Source of the DNA: Azolla caroliniana
Taxonomy: Eukaryota > Plantae > Polypodiophyta
Assembly: GCA_043228905.1 (NCBI GenBank)
Contig: JBHGNT010000014.1
Coordinates: forward strand, 7,626,001-7,690,000
Direction: 5' to 3'
Length of the DNA: 64,000 bases
Part shown: positions 36,901-49,139 of the stretch, piece by piece
How positions within the stretch are numbered: the first letter of the stretch is position 1
Layout of the letters: each line of letters starts with the position of its first letter
Position numbers and translations under genes: made by a program
Notes under the pieces: generated by a model
Database searches by the model: none
Seen by the model: the letters and a program-made list of their open reading frames with translations, nothing else
What the model was told of the DNA's origin: nothing

Positions 36901-39576
36901 GCGCTCGGCTACTCCGTTTTGTTGCGGAGTGTGTCGGCAAGTGAATTCTCGCTGAATTCCTTCGTTACGCCATGAAATCGTCCGAGAAGTACTCCTTGCC
37001 GCCATCCGATCGAAGACATCGTACATGTCAGCCCGTGGCTTTCTCGACTTCATTCTTGAATTTTTGGAAGTGTTCAAACACTTCACTCTTTTGCCGCATT
37101 GGATAGATCCAAGTGTGCCTAGAAAAGTTGTCGATGAAGAGAACGTAATATCTCATCCTTCGAATGTCGCCGTTTGAGCCGGACCCCATACATCGGAATG
37201 AATTACGTCGAGTATGCCTTTGCTCACGTTCCGCTCCTTCGGAAATGGGTGTCGGTGTTGCTTGCCGAATTGGTATGCTTCGCATACACCTTCAATCTCC
37301 TTCTCTTTGAATGTCGGGAGTCCGATGACAACTCCTTTCAATTTCATTGCTTTGAGTTTGTTAAGATTGATGTGGCCGATTTGCTTATGCCATAGCTCTA
37401 TGTCGGAGTCGGCTTTCGTGCTTTTCGCGAACATGACGGATTTCATCTCGTGCGAATCGAGAATGAACATCCGGCCCTCTCTTCTTCTGCGTGCGATGAT
37501 TCACCCTTCTTTTTCGATGAAGCACCCTTCTTGGTCGAATCGTACTTGCATCCCTTGCTCAACCATTTGGCCGACCGAGATCAGATTCTTCGTGATGGTG
37601 GGAACATGTAAGAAATTTTAAATGTATGTTTGCTTACCTCTTTCACCGAACGGAACATTGCCGATGTGCCGAATCAGGTGCGTAGTGTCATCTCCGGTTT
37701 CGACATAACCGGGTCGCTCCGGCTCTCGAAGTTCGAGAAACCATTCTTCATGAGATGTCATATGGTTTGAGGCTCCGGAGTCAACAAACCATACGCCCTC
37801 CAGATTGAGGGCACTAGTTGAGGTAGAGGCCGACATAGAGTTTGCTCTATGTTTCATCATGAACATTCCGCCACGGTCGGAGTTCCGTGCATACATTCCG
37901 CGACGATCTTCGTAGTCGGAGTTGTTCCCGTACATTCTGCTATACTCTTGTAGTCGGAATTGTGCGCGTAATTTGAGAGTTGTCGGATTGTGGAAGCCGA
38001 TGTTGTGCCTTTCGGCACTGGATCGTTGCGTGAGCCGGGTGGGAACCGCTGAGGTTTTGGACTAGGAGAAAAGAAAATTCTAAGGCAATTAAGAATATGA
38101 AATATATTGTAAGAAAGAAAGATTTGAAAACCTCGTGAATCCCATGAGTATAGTGTATTAGTGAGTACTACGATTAAGAGAGAAAAAAAAAAAGTTAGCA
38201 AATTCGTGAATCCCAAGATTATATTATATTAATCCACCCTTATAAAATAAGCAACAACCCTCCATACATCTTTCTCTCCTCCTTATATAAGGATGGAAGA
38301 GGCTAAGCATAGCTTCATGCTTTTTCTAAAGTGTTCATGCACACTAAATGTGCATGAGTTGCCTTTTTACACTATGCTTTTATTTCCTAAATATAGTGCT
38401 CATGCTCGCTAGATGTGCACGAGTCATTTTTTTATTGGTGTATATTTTTCTTATAAATAAAGTATTCACGCATTCTAAAAAATGCATGACTTTCCTTTTA
38501 ATAAAGGTAGGCATAAATAAAGGTCTTATATGTATTGAATCTATATTTAAAACACTTAGGATAAGTTAGTACAATGGTAAGGTTGGGGTTTGTTTACATG
38601 AAGGTACAAGGTTTGAATCCTGCCCTATGCACGTAATAAATATTTTTAATATTTTATTTTATTTATTATACATACTTTAAATCGGATATAGTATTTTACA
38701 TATTTCACGTAGCGTGTGATTCACACTACGACACCGATTCACGCATCTTCTTTCGGCAGTCTTCTTCGTGATGGCCGAGCTTTCCACAATATCTGCATTC
38801 GGTTGCGTTTTGACGGCTTGGGCCGGAGTGGAAGCTCCCCCTTCTTGCGAAGGTTCCTCGTTGGCTTCCATTTTGTGGCCGAAATTGGGAGTTGTTACCA
38901 TAGGTCGGACCTCGTCCGCCTTGTCCTTGGCCGAATCGGCCTCTCGACCGTCCGCGTCCTCTTCCTCTATTCGAGTGCGTGTAGAGCATGTGGCCTTCTG
39001 ACTCATTGCTCCTTGTACGCACGTGGTTTTCTTCGACCAATAGCATTGATTGGAGCTCGAAGAAGGAGGGAGATTTCTCCTGTGCTAGAATGGCGGTTCG
39101 CATTGCGCCGAACCATGGTGCGAGGCCGCCGAGGCATATTTGAACCATCTCATCATCATCGATATTTACGCTTATTGAGCCGAGCGAATCGCAAAGCCCC
39201 TTGATCTTCGAGGTGTATGTCGTAATGGACATGTCCCTTTGTTGAATGTTGTTCAACTCTTGGCGGAGTTGAAGCCTTCTTGCGGTTGTGTTTGCCACGA
39301 AAATCTTTCGTAGATTTTCCCATGCCTCCTTCAGTGTCTTGGCTTCGCGAATGTAGCCAAGCATGTGATCGTGAACACATGTCGCCAAGCAATACATCAC
39401 GCGGCTTCCGGCTTGCTCCCATGATGAGCTAGTTCTTGGTCGTCAGCGTGGAGCACAACACACGATCACGATGAGGCGAATGGGCCAGATCGAGCTACCA
39501 AATCGCTCTGATACCATGTAAAGAATCAAATATGGATTCTTGTGAAGCGGAAGAGATATGAGTTATGTGTGTGTAT

Positions 39577-39621
<45 letters not shown>

Positions 39622-39942
39622 TGAGAGTGAGGGAGACAAGGAATAAGACACAGAGACTATGTAAAGTAAGAGTATATTTACAAAGGAGGAAGACTCAACA
39701 CAATACAAGGTGGGAGGAGGTTGCTTTATATAGTCACCCTCTCTCTTCATTAACTACAAGACTCATGGAGCATGGGGAATGTGAAAGCTCATAAGTTATG
39801 TGTCATAGAATATGATTCTATGACTCATACTAAATGCTAGAATACAAAGAGGTGACATAATGGTGACTCTTGACCGTTGGAGTGTCTATTCACTCTCAAG
39901 GTGAGTTCACACACTAGATCAAGTTGAGCTTGATTCTCAACA
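33932..39942 (-). mobile_element. Ty1/copia element E (decayed; hosts a solo LTR)
   Basis: LTRs 33932-34324 and 39517-39942; TSD CGGAT (33927-33931 / 39943-39947); PBS iMet 39505-39516; CRYCGKLGHHEEDC, WFVDSGAS, IHSDVWG, LYVDDL motifs. Confidence 0.96.
38001..38733 (-). mobile_element. Solo LTR of the Trp-primed family (diverged F type)
   Basis: Homologous to 45680-46466; 4-bp TSD CCGA (37997-38000 / 38734-38737). Confidence 0.92.
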
Positions 39943-39947
39943 CGGAT

Positions 39948-41293
39948 GCTAGATAGAAGAAGGCGGGGCGAGATGCGGCTCAACAAGCCGTCGAGAGGGT
40001 GGTCGATCGAGTCGGCCGATTCAATGGAGATGATGTCCCGAGGTTTTTGAAAGTGTACAATGCCGAGATGACGAAGAGGGGCGTGGACGAAGCGATGTGG
40101 CTAGAATATTTTCGTCGAGTGGCGGCCGTATCGATGCACAAAGAGGTCAAGGAGCTTCGAGACACTCACGAGTCGTGGGAGTCCTTCGAGGGAGCTCTAT
40201 TGGAGGCGTACGGGTACGTTAAACCGGAGGGGCGAGGTCGGCATGAGTTCGATCGATGGGTGGCGTTTGTGAAGGCCCATCGGAACGCTATGGAAGCATT
40301 CCAAGAGTTCGAGTGTCGTTTCCCTCAACTCTCGGAGCGGGATCAGAGATCAGTGGGGGCGGACAAAGTCCTCTTATTTTTGAAGACGGTCCATCAAAAG
40401 GAGAGAATGGACATTCTATTCGAGCTTGAAGATGATCACGTAGCACACGGTCTCACCGAGGAGTGGTCTGAAGTAGAGTGGATGTGCTGAGAACATGATG
40501 CGAGATGGTCAGCCACAAAGCGGCCCACGAGTGGTGGAGAAGAGAGAGCAGTGAGTGACTATGCACTACCGTCGGATGAGAGCTCAACGCGTAATGATAT
40601 GGAGGAGTACGACCTAGAGGCGTTAATTCGGGAGGCATGCGAGATCGTGAAGGTGAAGATCGAAGCCAAAGAGTGCCTTGTTATGGAGTCGAGCCCGAGA
40701 GGATCGGAGGACGCGGAGGAAGATGCCTCCCTACGCGTGGAGGACGGGGCCTATGCGGAGGCCGGAAGAGTGTACGACGACGTGGGAGAGGGTGCGGAGC
40801 AAGCGACCCTCTCGTCTTGCGGTGAAGGGACGACCATGGAGGAGGCTGGTGACTACCAAGCGGGGAGCGCCACTTCGAGAGTGGGCGGGGAATTTGGGAT
40901 ACGATGGCCCGAAACATCAAGCGGGGAGGAGACGAGTGGTGGTGCCGGGACCTTACCCACACCGATTCTAGAGACTCCGGCGTCTGGCCCGAGAGCCGGT
41001 GTGAGACCTAGAGTGACGAATGATGGCAGTGGCAAGGCGGGCAACCATGACGATGGAAAGGAAATCGAGGAAGAGGAGGCGGCAAGCGTAATCGAGGCTT
41101 CCGCGATCGGAGACGAGGTAGCCACGAACAATGACGTCTGGATGGAGGTGGCTACGGACATAACGAGCAACGACGCCGGGATCTTACCCGCACTAGTTCT
41201 AGAGACTCCGGCATCCGGCCCGAGAGCCAGTATGAGACCTAGAGTGACGGATGGTGGCGGCGGCAAGGCAGGCGACTGAAACGAAGAGGAGGA
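39948..41293 (+). pseudogene. Gag-like ORF of element D, middle part (starts about 33881, continues 50288 to about 51650)
   Basis: VGRFNGDDVPRFLKVYNAEM..WESFEGALLEAYG..VGADKVLLFLKT..GLTEEW; two PxxLETPASG repeats at a 231-bp period. Confidence 0.82.
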
Positions 41294-41376
41294 TGTTAGG
41301 AAACAGGTCCCTCCGGATGGGAAGTGAGAAGAACAGCACTGATGAGCAAACTCGGCCTCGGCCGAATCCGTATGTG

Positions 41377-41482
41377 GAGTACCCGGTGAGAACCGGACGA
41401 CGAGTACCCGGCTACGGAAGACCCGGTGAGAACCGGATGACGAGTACCCGGCTACGGAAGACCCGGTGAGAACCGGATGACG
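41377..41482. repeat. About 40-bp tandem repeats in the H LTR (also 49660-49785)
   Basis: gagtacccggctacggaagacccggtgagaaccggatgac units. Confidence 0.88.
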
Positions 41483-42016
41483 TGTGCCCGGAAAGCGTCG
41501 GATGATGCAGGCCCGGTGAGGAGTGCTCACCGGATGAAGGGACATATTCGTAAATATGTTTCTGAGAGTCCATCGGGGCAATATTTGTAAATAGCCGAAA
41601 AGTCATATTAGTATAAATATGACTGAGGGCAAACTTTAGTGTGTTTTTTTTTGTTGTCATTCTTGTTGGTGCAAGATTAGAGCGTAACAGTGTACAGAGA
41701 GAGAGAGAGAGAGATGAAGAGGTCGTTTCCTCTATTGTAACCGCCGCCTGTGGCGAAGATAGCAAGCTCGAGGTTGTTACCTCGGTGCTTTACTATTGTA
41801 CATTCTAATATAGTGATAGTTTGCAGTCTGTGGCTGCCGTGGTTTTTCCCTAGTTTGGGTTTTCCACGATAACATCCTTTGTTCTCTTCTCTCCATTGTG
41901 TTGTGCATTCATTCTCATTTTCAGTGTTAGATTCTAAGCTTGGTTGTGGCCGAGCGTTGTTTATCGGGAGTGTGTAGTTCCTGACAAAGTGGTATCAGAG
42001 CGAAGCGACACAGAAA

Positions 42017-45000
42017 ATGGATGAATCATTGGGAGGCATGTTCAAGCTCACCGGCTCCAACTATTCGGTGTGGAAGTCGAAGATGAGGGACATGCTCGTG
42101 GTTAAAGATCTTTGTTTGCCGGTTTAGTTTGGGGACAAGAGACCGGACAAAATCGACGCCACGATATGGGAGGTGATGCATATGAAGACAACTGCGTACA
42201 TACGGTGCTTCATCGACATGAGTCTATACAACAACTTCAATGAAGAGAGCAAGGCTCATGAGCTCTGGGAGAAGATCGGCATTATGTTTCAAAACAAAAA
42301 TGCTATTAATCAGGTTTCGGTATTTCGGAAGCTAGTAAGACTCTGGTACCAAGATGGCTCCAACATGGCGGAGCACATGAATGCCTTCCAGGGGCTGATC
42401 CACCAGGCAACATCATTGGAAGTACCTCTCGCCGACGAAGTACTAGCACTACTCCTACTCGGTTCCCTCCCAGATAGCTGGGAGACGTTGGTTGTCACTT
42501 TGGGCCACGCCGGGCCGGAAGTGAAATGATTATCCCTAGCAAGAGTGAAGTCGAGCTTGCTAGATGAGGAGGCAGGTCGGAAAGATAAGGATACGAGCTC
42601 CGACTCCAAAGCGCTCCTTACTGAATCGGAACGTGGAAGCCAAAGGAACCGTAGTCCCCAGAACCGGGAGAAGTCGGGGACACGGTCAAAGTCAAGGGGG
42701 AGGCCTACCTGCTTCTATTGTGGCAAGCCAAGACACTTCCAGAAAAACTGTCGGCACTTCCGAAAGGACAAGGAAACCGACGACACCGATTCGAAGCGGA
42801 CATCGGACCGAAACGGTAAAGACCGGAAGGGAACCATGGCAATCGCGTCAAGTGAAGAAGAGTTGATGCTCATCACCAAGGAGAGTGAGCTAAACCTTGC
42901 CGGCGACGAGATGACTTGGGTGGTCGACTCCGGATTGTCGTTCCACCTTACCCCGGACCGGAAATGCTTCTCATCCTACTCAGTCGGTGATCACGGCTGT
43001 GTCCGGATGGGGAATGAAGGTACATGCCGAATTTTCGGCATAGGAGACGTGTGGTTGACAACGCCAACCAGATGCAAGCTGCTGCTGAAGGATGTTCGAC
43101 ACGTTCCGGAGGTTCGTCTAAACCTGATATCACCCGGTCGACTAGATGATGAAGGCTACACGGGTAGCATCCGGAACGGTGTTATGAAGTTCAGCAAAGG
43201 GAGCATGATTGTGGCTCGGGTCCGGAAGGTAAACACTTTGTACCTGATGAATGCCCAGTTATGTTCGGAGGAAGTGAACGTGGCATCTGACACTGCCGGT
43301 GAGCTGTGGCACAAGAGGCTGTGCCACATGAGCGAGAAGGGGATGAAGAGGCTTGCAGAAGACAACCTCATTCCAGTGAAGAACGTGCACTTGGAGAAGT
43401 GCATTGATTGTCTGGCCGATAAACAAAATCGGACCTCCTTCTGATCGAGGCCACCGATGAGACGTAATACACCACTGGAGTTGGTGCATACTGATGTATG
43501 TCAAGTGGACACGAAGTCACATGCCGGATCGCAGTACTTTGTGACGTTCATAGATGACCACAGCCGGAAGCTGTGGGCCACACCATTGAAGACGAAGGAT
43601 CAGGTGTTATCCGTCTTCAAAGAGCTCCACGCGAGAGTGGAAAGAGAAGCCGGCCGGAAGTTGAAGGTGGTTCGAGCAGATAACGGAGGTGAATACCGGG
43701 GGCAGTTCGAGGAGTATTGTCATTTGAAGGGAATCCGGCTCGAATTTACCGTGCCGAAGACGCCGAAACTAAACGGGCTGGCCGAGAGGATGAACCGGAC
43801 CATAATGGAGAGGGGCCGGAGTATGCTGGCGCATGCAAAACTACCCAAGAAGTTTTGGGCTGAGGCACTGTCGACGACGACATATGTGATAAATAGATCA
43901 CCCTCAATACCCTTGGACGGAGACACGCCACAGAGAGTCTGGACTGGTAAGGAAGTGTCCTACCGGCATCTGAAGGTATTCGGGTGTCTTGCGTATGTGC
44001 ATGTAGCTAAGGACCGGAGAGGAAAACTAGATTCGAAGACCCGGCCATGCATATTCCTCAGTTACGGTGACGATGGGTTCGGCTACCGAGTGTGGGACTT
44101 GGCCGACAAGAAGGTATTCCGGCGTCGAGATATTATCTTCATGGAGGACAAGACGCTCGCCGACTGGGAGTTGGAGAAGAAGATAATGAACTCCGAGTCG
44201 ACCGGTAACGATTGATTCTACGATGAGCAGACCCAACCGGCAAGAGACCGGTTAGCACTCGAGGAACCAGTCGGTTACGGTGAGGATACCGAACCGGTAG
44301 AAGAAGAAGTAGAGGAAGCTGAAACCGGAACTGGCGAAGACCCCGAATCGGATTCGGATGAAGAGCAAATGGAGGAGCCGGTTATCGAAGCCCAAAGACG
44401 GAGATATCCTCTCAGAGAGAGAAGGCCCCCCCGGAGATTTCCGGATGCAGAGCATGTGTTGCTAACCGATGAGGGAGAGCCAGAAAGCTTTGAAGAAGCG
44501 AAGGATGACACCCACAACCGGAAATGGTTAAGTGCCATGCAGGATGAGATGGATTCCCTGCACGAGAACCATATGCACGAATTGGTGGAGTTGCCGAAAG
44601 GAAAGCGGGCACTCCGAAACAAGTGGGTGTACAAGTTGAAACCGGGAGATGCCGGCAACCCCCCGAGATACAAAGCCAGGATTGTGGTGAAGGGGTTCGA
44701 CCAGAAGAAGGGCGTGGACTTCGACGAGATATTTGCCTCGATAGTAAAGATGACCTCCATCCGGACGGTGCTGAGTATAGCGGCAAGCATGGACCTCGAA
44801 GTAGAGCAGCTGGACGTGAAGCTGACATTCCTTCACGGTGACCTTGAAGAGGAGATCTACATGCAGCAACCGGAGGGATTCGTGGAGAAAGGGAAGGAGC
44901 ACCTAGTTTTTCGGTTGAAGAAGAGCCTGTACGGACTGAAGCAGGTTCCCCGACAATGGTACCGGAAGTTTGACTCCTTCATGACCGATCAAGGGTACCA

Positions 45001-45679
45001 CAAGACGCAGGCCGATCATTGCGTGTTTGTGAAGAAGTTCGAAGGAGGCGACTTCCTGATACTCCTTCGATCGTCGGACGGGACCAAGCCAGAATACGGA
45101 TGTTGAAGAAGGCTCTCAATCGAACTTTCGCAATGAAAGACTTGGGTCCGACAAGACAGATGCTGGCGATGCATATCATCCGGAACCGGCCAATGAAGCA
45201 ACTGTGGCTGTCACAGGAGAAATACATAACAAAGGTGCTTCAGCGGTTCAACATGTTAGAAGCGAAACCAGTCGGATCGACACTCCCGGGAAACTGCAGA
45301 TTATACGGTAAGCAAAGCCCGAAGACGAAAGCAGAGAAGGCTGATATGATGAAGGTTCCATATGCCTCTGCCATCGGGATCTTAATGTACGCAATGGTGT
45401 GTACCCGACCGGATATAGCATACGTAGTCGGAGTACTGAGCCGGTTTATGAGAAATCCCGACAAGGAGCACTTGAACATGGTCACATGGATACTCCGGTA
45501 CTTGAAGGGCACTTCGGACATGTGTCTCCGACTCGGCCCCGATAAACCTCAACTTGACGGTTTTACTGATTCAGACATGTCGGCTGATATGGATACCAGT
45601 TGGTCTACATCCGGGTATGTAATGACTTATGCAGGGGGAGCTGTTTCGTGACAGTCGAGGCTGCAAAAGACGGTTGCGT
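42017..45679 (+). pseudogene. Copia H gag-PR-INT-RT-RH (RNase H end at 49257-49606)
   Basis: FKLTGSNYSVWK, CFYCGKPRHFQKNC, WVVDSG, LVHTDVC, NGLAERMNRT, YKARIVVKG, VPYASAIG, GFTDSD. Confidence 0.94.
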
Positions 45680-46418
45680 TGTCGTGCCTTTCGGCTCAGG
45701 ATCGTTGCGTGAGCCGGGTGGGAACCGCCGAGGTTTTGGACTAGGAGAAAGAAGAATATGAGATGAGGCTAGTAATGAATAGATTATTAGAAAGAGAGAT
45801 AGAAATTTCATGAATCCCACGAGTGTATTGTATTCGATTAATCAATATTTAGATAAGAATATGTATTTAGATTGAAAGAAAGATATAAGAAACTTGTGAA
45901 TCCCACAAGTATAGATTATATTATTTTCGTGAATACCACGATTATATTAATCGGTTGGTGTTTTCGGAAATATATCCAATTTCCAAATATTTCACACCCC
46001 TATTACATTCTGCTCCCCATCCTTATGTAGTGATGAGAGAGACTAAGCATAGCTACATGCTTTTTCTAATATGTTCATGCACACTAAATGTGCATGTGAT
46101 GCTTTTCTAATCCTTGCTTTTATTTGCTAAATATAGTGCTCATGCACGCTAGATGTGCATGAGTCACTTTTTAGTTACTTGCGTTTTTCTATAAAATATT
46201 CACGCACTCTAAAAATGCATGATTTACTTTTTAATAAAGGTAGGCGCAAATAACGGACTTATAGTTATTAAATCTATTTGTAGAACACTAAAGATAAGGT
46301 AGCATAATGGTAAAGTTGAGGTTTGGCTACGTGGAGGTACAGGGTTTAAATCTTGCCCTATGCACGTGGTAAATATTTTGATATTCTTATTTTATTTATT
46401 TATATGTAATTAAATCGG

Positions 46419-48428
46419 TTATATTATTTTTACTTTTTCATGTAGTGTACGAAATACACTACGACACTCGCCCCCTCCGAACCCGCACATCCTCCGGTAT
46501 GTGCCGAAGTTGCCGATGCTCATTGTCTCCCCTTCATCCTCCGTTTGTCCCGCTATGTCAACTTTGTCTCTCCATTTTGAGTAGACCCATTCTTTCCACC
46601 CGAACCATTGTCGCCATCCGATCCACCATATTCTTTGTTCTCTCTCGTCATATTCTTGGCCCTTGTCATTCGTGGTAGTGTCTTTTACTGGCCTCTTTCT
46701 TGTCTTCATCAACCTTGACTTTTTTCCGGATCGCTCTCGTCCGATCGACTTTCGGTTTGATCGGCTTCCGATCGGATTCGTATTCGGCCGAATCGGAATC
46801 GGTTGTTCGGTTTCGATTGAGTCGGTCTCCTTCCGGCCCGGTTTCGATCTATCGGTTTCGGTTTCGGTTGGCTTTCTTTTCCTCGTTTTCACCAGCCTCG
46901 ACCGGTCCAACCTCCGATTGAGTCGGATTAACTTCTTTCCGGATCGGTCTCGTCCGATCGGCTTTCGGCTAGGTCGGCTTCCATCCATATTCGCGTTCGG
47001 CCAAGTCAGACTCGGTCGATCGTTTTTGACCGAGTCGACCCCTTTTTGGGTCGGCTTTCTTTCGGGTCGTCTTTCGGCCGAATCCTCATCCTTTCGGTTC
47101 GGCTTTCTTTCGGGTCGACTTTTGGTCGAATCCTCATTCGCCCGGTTCGGCTTTCTGTCAGGTCGGAATCCCGTCCGGATCACCTTCCATCCGAACCGGC
47201 TTTCGACTTTACCTTTCTTGCTTCCACCTCCCGTCTCTCCGGTCTCACGTTGGTTCTCGGACACAACCGCCGAAGTCTCTAGAATTAGTGGGTAGGAATC
47301 CTCGATATTATCATCCTCCGTTGTTTCACCCATAGCCATATTCTTGGCTATCTCTCCGTCATACGCATCGGTTTCGACCTTTGTTTTCTCTCCGCCACCT
47401 TCCGTCTCTTCGGTCTCACGTTGCCTTTCGAACGCAACCGCCGGAGTCTCTGGAATCAGTGGTGGGGAAGTCTCGATATGGCCATCCGTCGTTGATTCGT
47501 CCATAGCCACCTTTGATTCGATGTCATCTTTCGTGGCGACCTCCTCAATCAAGTCCTCCTTTCTCTCTTTCACTGCATCAATTATGCTTACCCCTTTTTC
47601 ACCCGATGTTTCGGACACTTGTATTCTGAAATCTTCTTCTACACTTGGGTTATCGGCCTTATCCTTCGTCGTTGTTCTTTCGCAAGACAAGAGGGTAGCT
47701 TGTTTTACACTCTCTTCCGTCGCACCATCATGTTGTATTTCGGCCTTCATATCGGCTCCATCGTTTGTCTTCAATCGACCATCCTTCATCGGCCATGTCG
47801 TTGACAAGATTCTTATCTTCCTCTCATCATGTCTCCGGCATACCCTTTGGACTTCGGCCCAATCTTCGGTAAGACCATTCGCACCGTCATCGTCTTCGAG
47901 TTCGATCCCGATGTCCATCCTTTCTTTTCGATCGATCGATTTTACGAACATTAAGACTTTATCCTCCCCCACCAATCGTTGTTCCCGCTCCGAGAGTCGA
48001 GCAAGACGATGCTCGAACTCTAGGAATGCTTGTGTTGCACTTCGGTGGGTCTTCTCCAATGCCACCCATTCGTCAAACTCGCATCGATCTCGTCCCTTCG
48101 ATCTCTCGTAGTCATATGCCTCTCGTAAAGCTTCTTCAAAGGACCCCCATGTTGGATTTTGTTGCCGTATCTTGTAGATTCTTTCTTGTAACTCATCCGT
48201 GGCTACCCGACTGAAGGATATCACTTGCAATCCTTCCGGTATCCCACATCGCATCATCTCCCCTTTGTAGTCACGTAGATAGCGTGACACATCATTTCCG
48301 TTCAATTCCCCTTTTCGTCGCACAAGCCGCTCTACTGCCACCTTCATCTCCGTCATCGCGTGTTGTTCTTGTTGCATCCGCTCAACCATCATCATCATCA
48401 TGTTCATCGCCTCTTGTTGATTTTCCAT
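46419..48428 (-). CDS. Intact 669-aa gag-like protein of element F
   Basis: Uninterrupted ORF starting about 15 nt after the PBS and filling the whole internal region; conserved N-terminal ~210 aa shared with B and D; acidic then basic repetitive tail; gag identity is inferred from position and motif pattern. Confidence 0.8.
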   Translation of the reverse strand: MENQQEAMNMMMMMVERMQQEQHAMTEMKVAVERLVRRKGELNGNDVSRYLRDYKGEMMRCGIPEGLQVISFSRVATDELQERIYKIRQQNPTWGSFEEALREAYDYERSKGRDRCEFDEWVALEKTHRSATQAFLEFEHRLARLSEREQRLVGEDKVLMFVKSIDRKERMDIGIELEDDDGANGLTEDWAEVQRVCRRHDERKIRILSTTWPMKDGRLKTNDGADMKAEIQHDGATEESVKQATLLSCERTTTKDKADNPSVEEDFRIQVSETSGEKGVSIIDAVKERKEDLIEEVATKDDIESKVAMDESTTDGHIETSPPLIPETPAVAFERQRETEETEGGGEKTKVETDAYDGEIAKNMAMGETTEDDNIEDSYPLILETSAVVSENQRETGETGGGSKKGKVESRFGWKVIRTGFRPDRKPNRANEDSTKSRPERKPNRKDEDSAERRPERKPTQKGVDSVKNDRPSLTWPNANMDGSRPSRKPIGRDRSGKKLIRLNRRLDRSRLVKTRKRKPTETETDRSKPGRKETDSIETEQPIPIRPNTNPIGSRSNRKSIGRERSGKKSRLMKTRKRPVKDTTTNDKGQEYDEREQRIWWIGWRQWFGWKEWVYSKWRDKVDIAGQTEDEGETMSIGNFGTYRRMCGFGGGECRSVFRTLHEKVKII

Positions 48429-48443
48429 CTCCTTGCCACCCGT

Positions 48444-48461
48444 TTCACGTCGGGTTCACCA
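48444..48461 (-). promoter_or_regulatory. PBS tRNA-Trp (element F)
   Basis: Plus strand TTCACGTCGGGTTCACCA, 4 nt from the LTR. Confidence 0.88.
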
Positions 48462-49085
48462 ACTGTGTCGTGCCTTTCGGCTCCGGATCGTTGTGTGAGT
48501 CAGGTGGGAACTGCCGAGGTTTTGGACTAGGAGAAAGAAGAATATGAGATGAGGCTAGTAATGAATAGATTATTAGAAAGAGAGATAGAAATTTCATGAA
48601 TCCCACGAGTGTATTGTATTCGATTAATCAATATTTAGATAAGAATATGTATTTAGATTGAAAGAAAGATATAAGAAACTTGTGAATCCCACAAGTATAG
48701 ATTATATTATTTTCGTGAATCCCACGATTATATTAATCGGTTGGTGTTTTAGGAAATATATCCGATTTCCAAATATTTCACACCCCTATTACATTATGCT
48801 CCCCATCCTTATGTAGTGATGAGAGAGACTAAGCATAGCTACATGCTTTTTCTAATATGTTCATGCACACTAAATGTGCATGTGATGCTTTTCGAATCCT
48901 TGCTTTTATTTGCTAAATATAGTGCTCATGCACGCTAGATGTGCATGAGTCACTTTTTAGTTGCTTGTGTTTTTCTATAAAATATTCACGCACTCTAGAA
49001 ATGCATGATTTACCTTTTAATAAAGGTAGGCGCAAATAAAGAACTTATAGTTATTAAATCTATTTGTAGAACACTAAAGATAAGG

Positions 49086-49139
49086 TAGCATAATGGTAAA
49101 GTTGAGGTTTGGCTACGTGGAGGTACAGGGCTCGAATCC
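49086..49139 (+). promoter_or_regulatory. tRNA-like Pol III A/B boxes inside the F LTR
   Basis: A box TAGCATAATGG and B box GGCTCGAATCC (GGTTTGAATCC in the solo LTRs), 32-nt spacing. Confidence 0.55.

Noticed and set aside
41338-41370. CTGATGAG...CGAA in the H 5' LTR resembling a hammerhead ribozyme core (retrozyme idea)
   Set aside because: Stem II cannot pair, GAAA is GAAT, and the segment is absent from the 3' LTR; no hammerhead core was seen in the B, D or F LTRs either
41377-41482. Short tandem repeats as a CRISPR-like array
   Set aside because: No unique spacers, eukaryotic context, and duplicated in both LTRs
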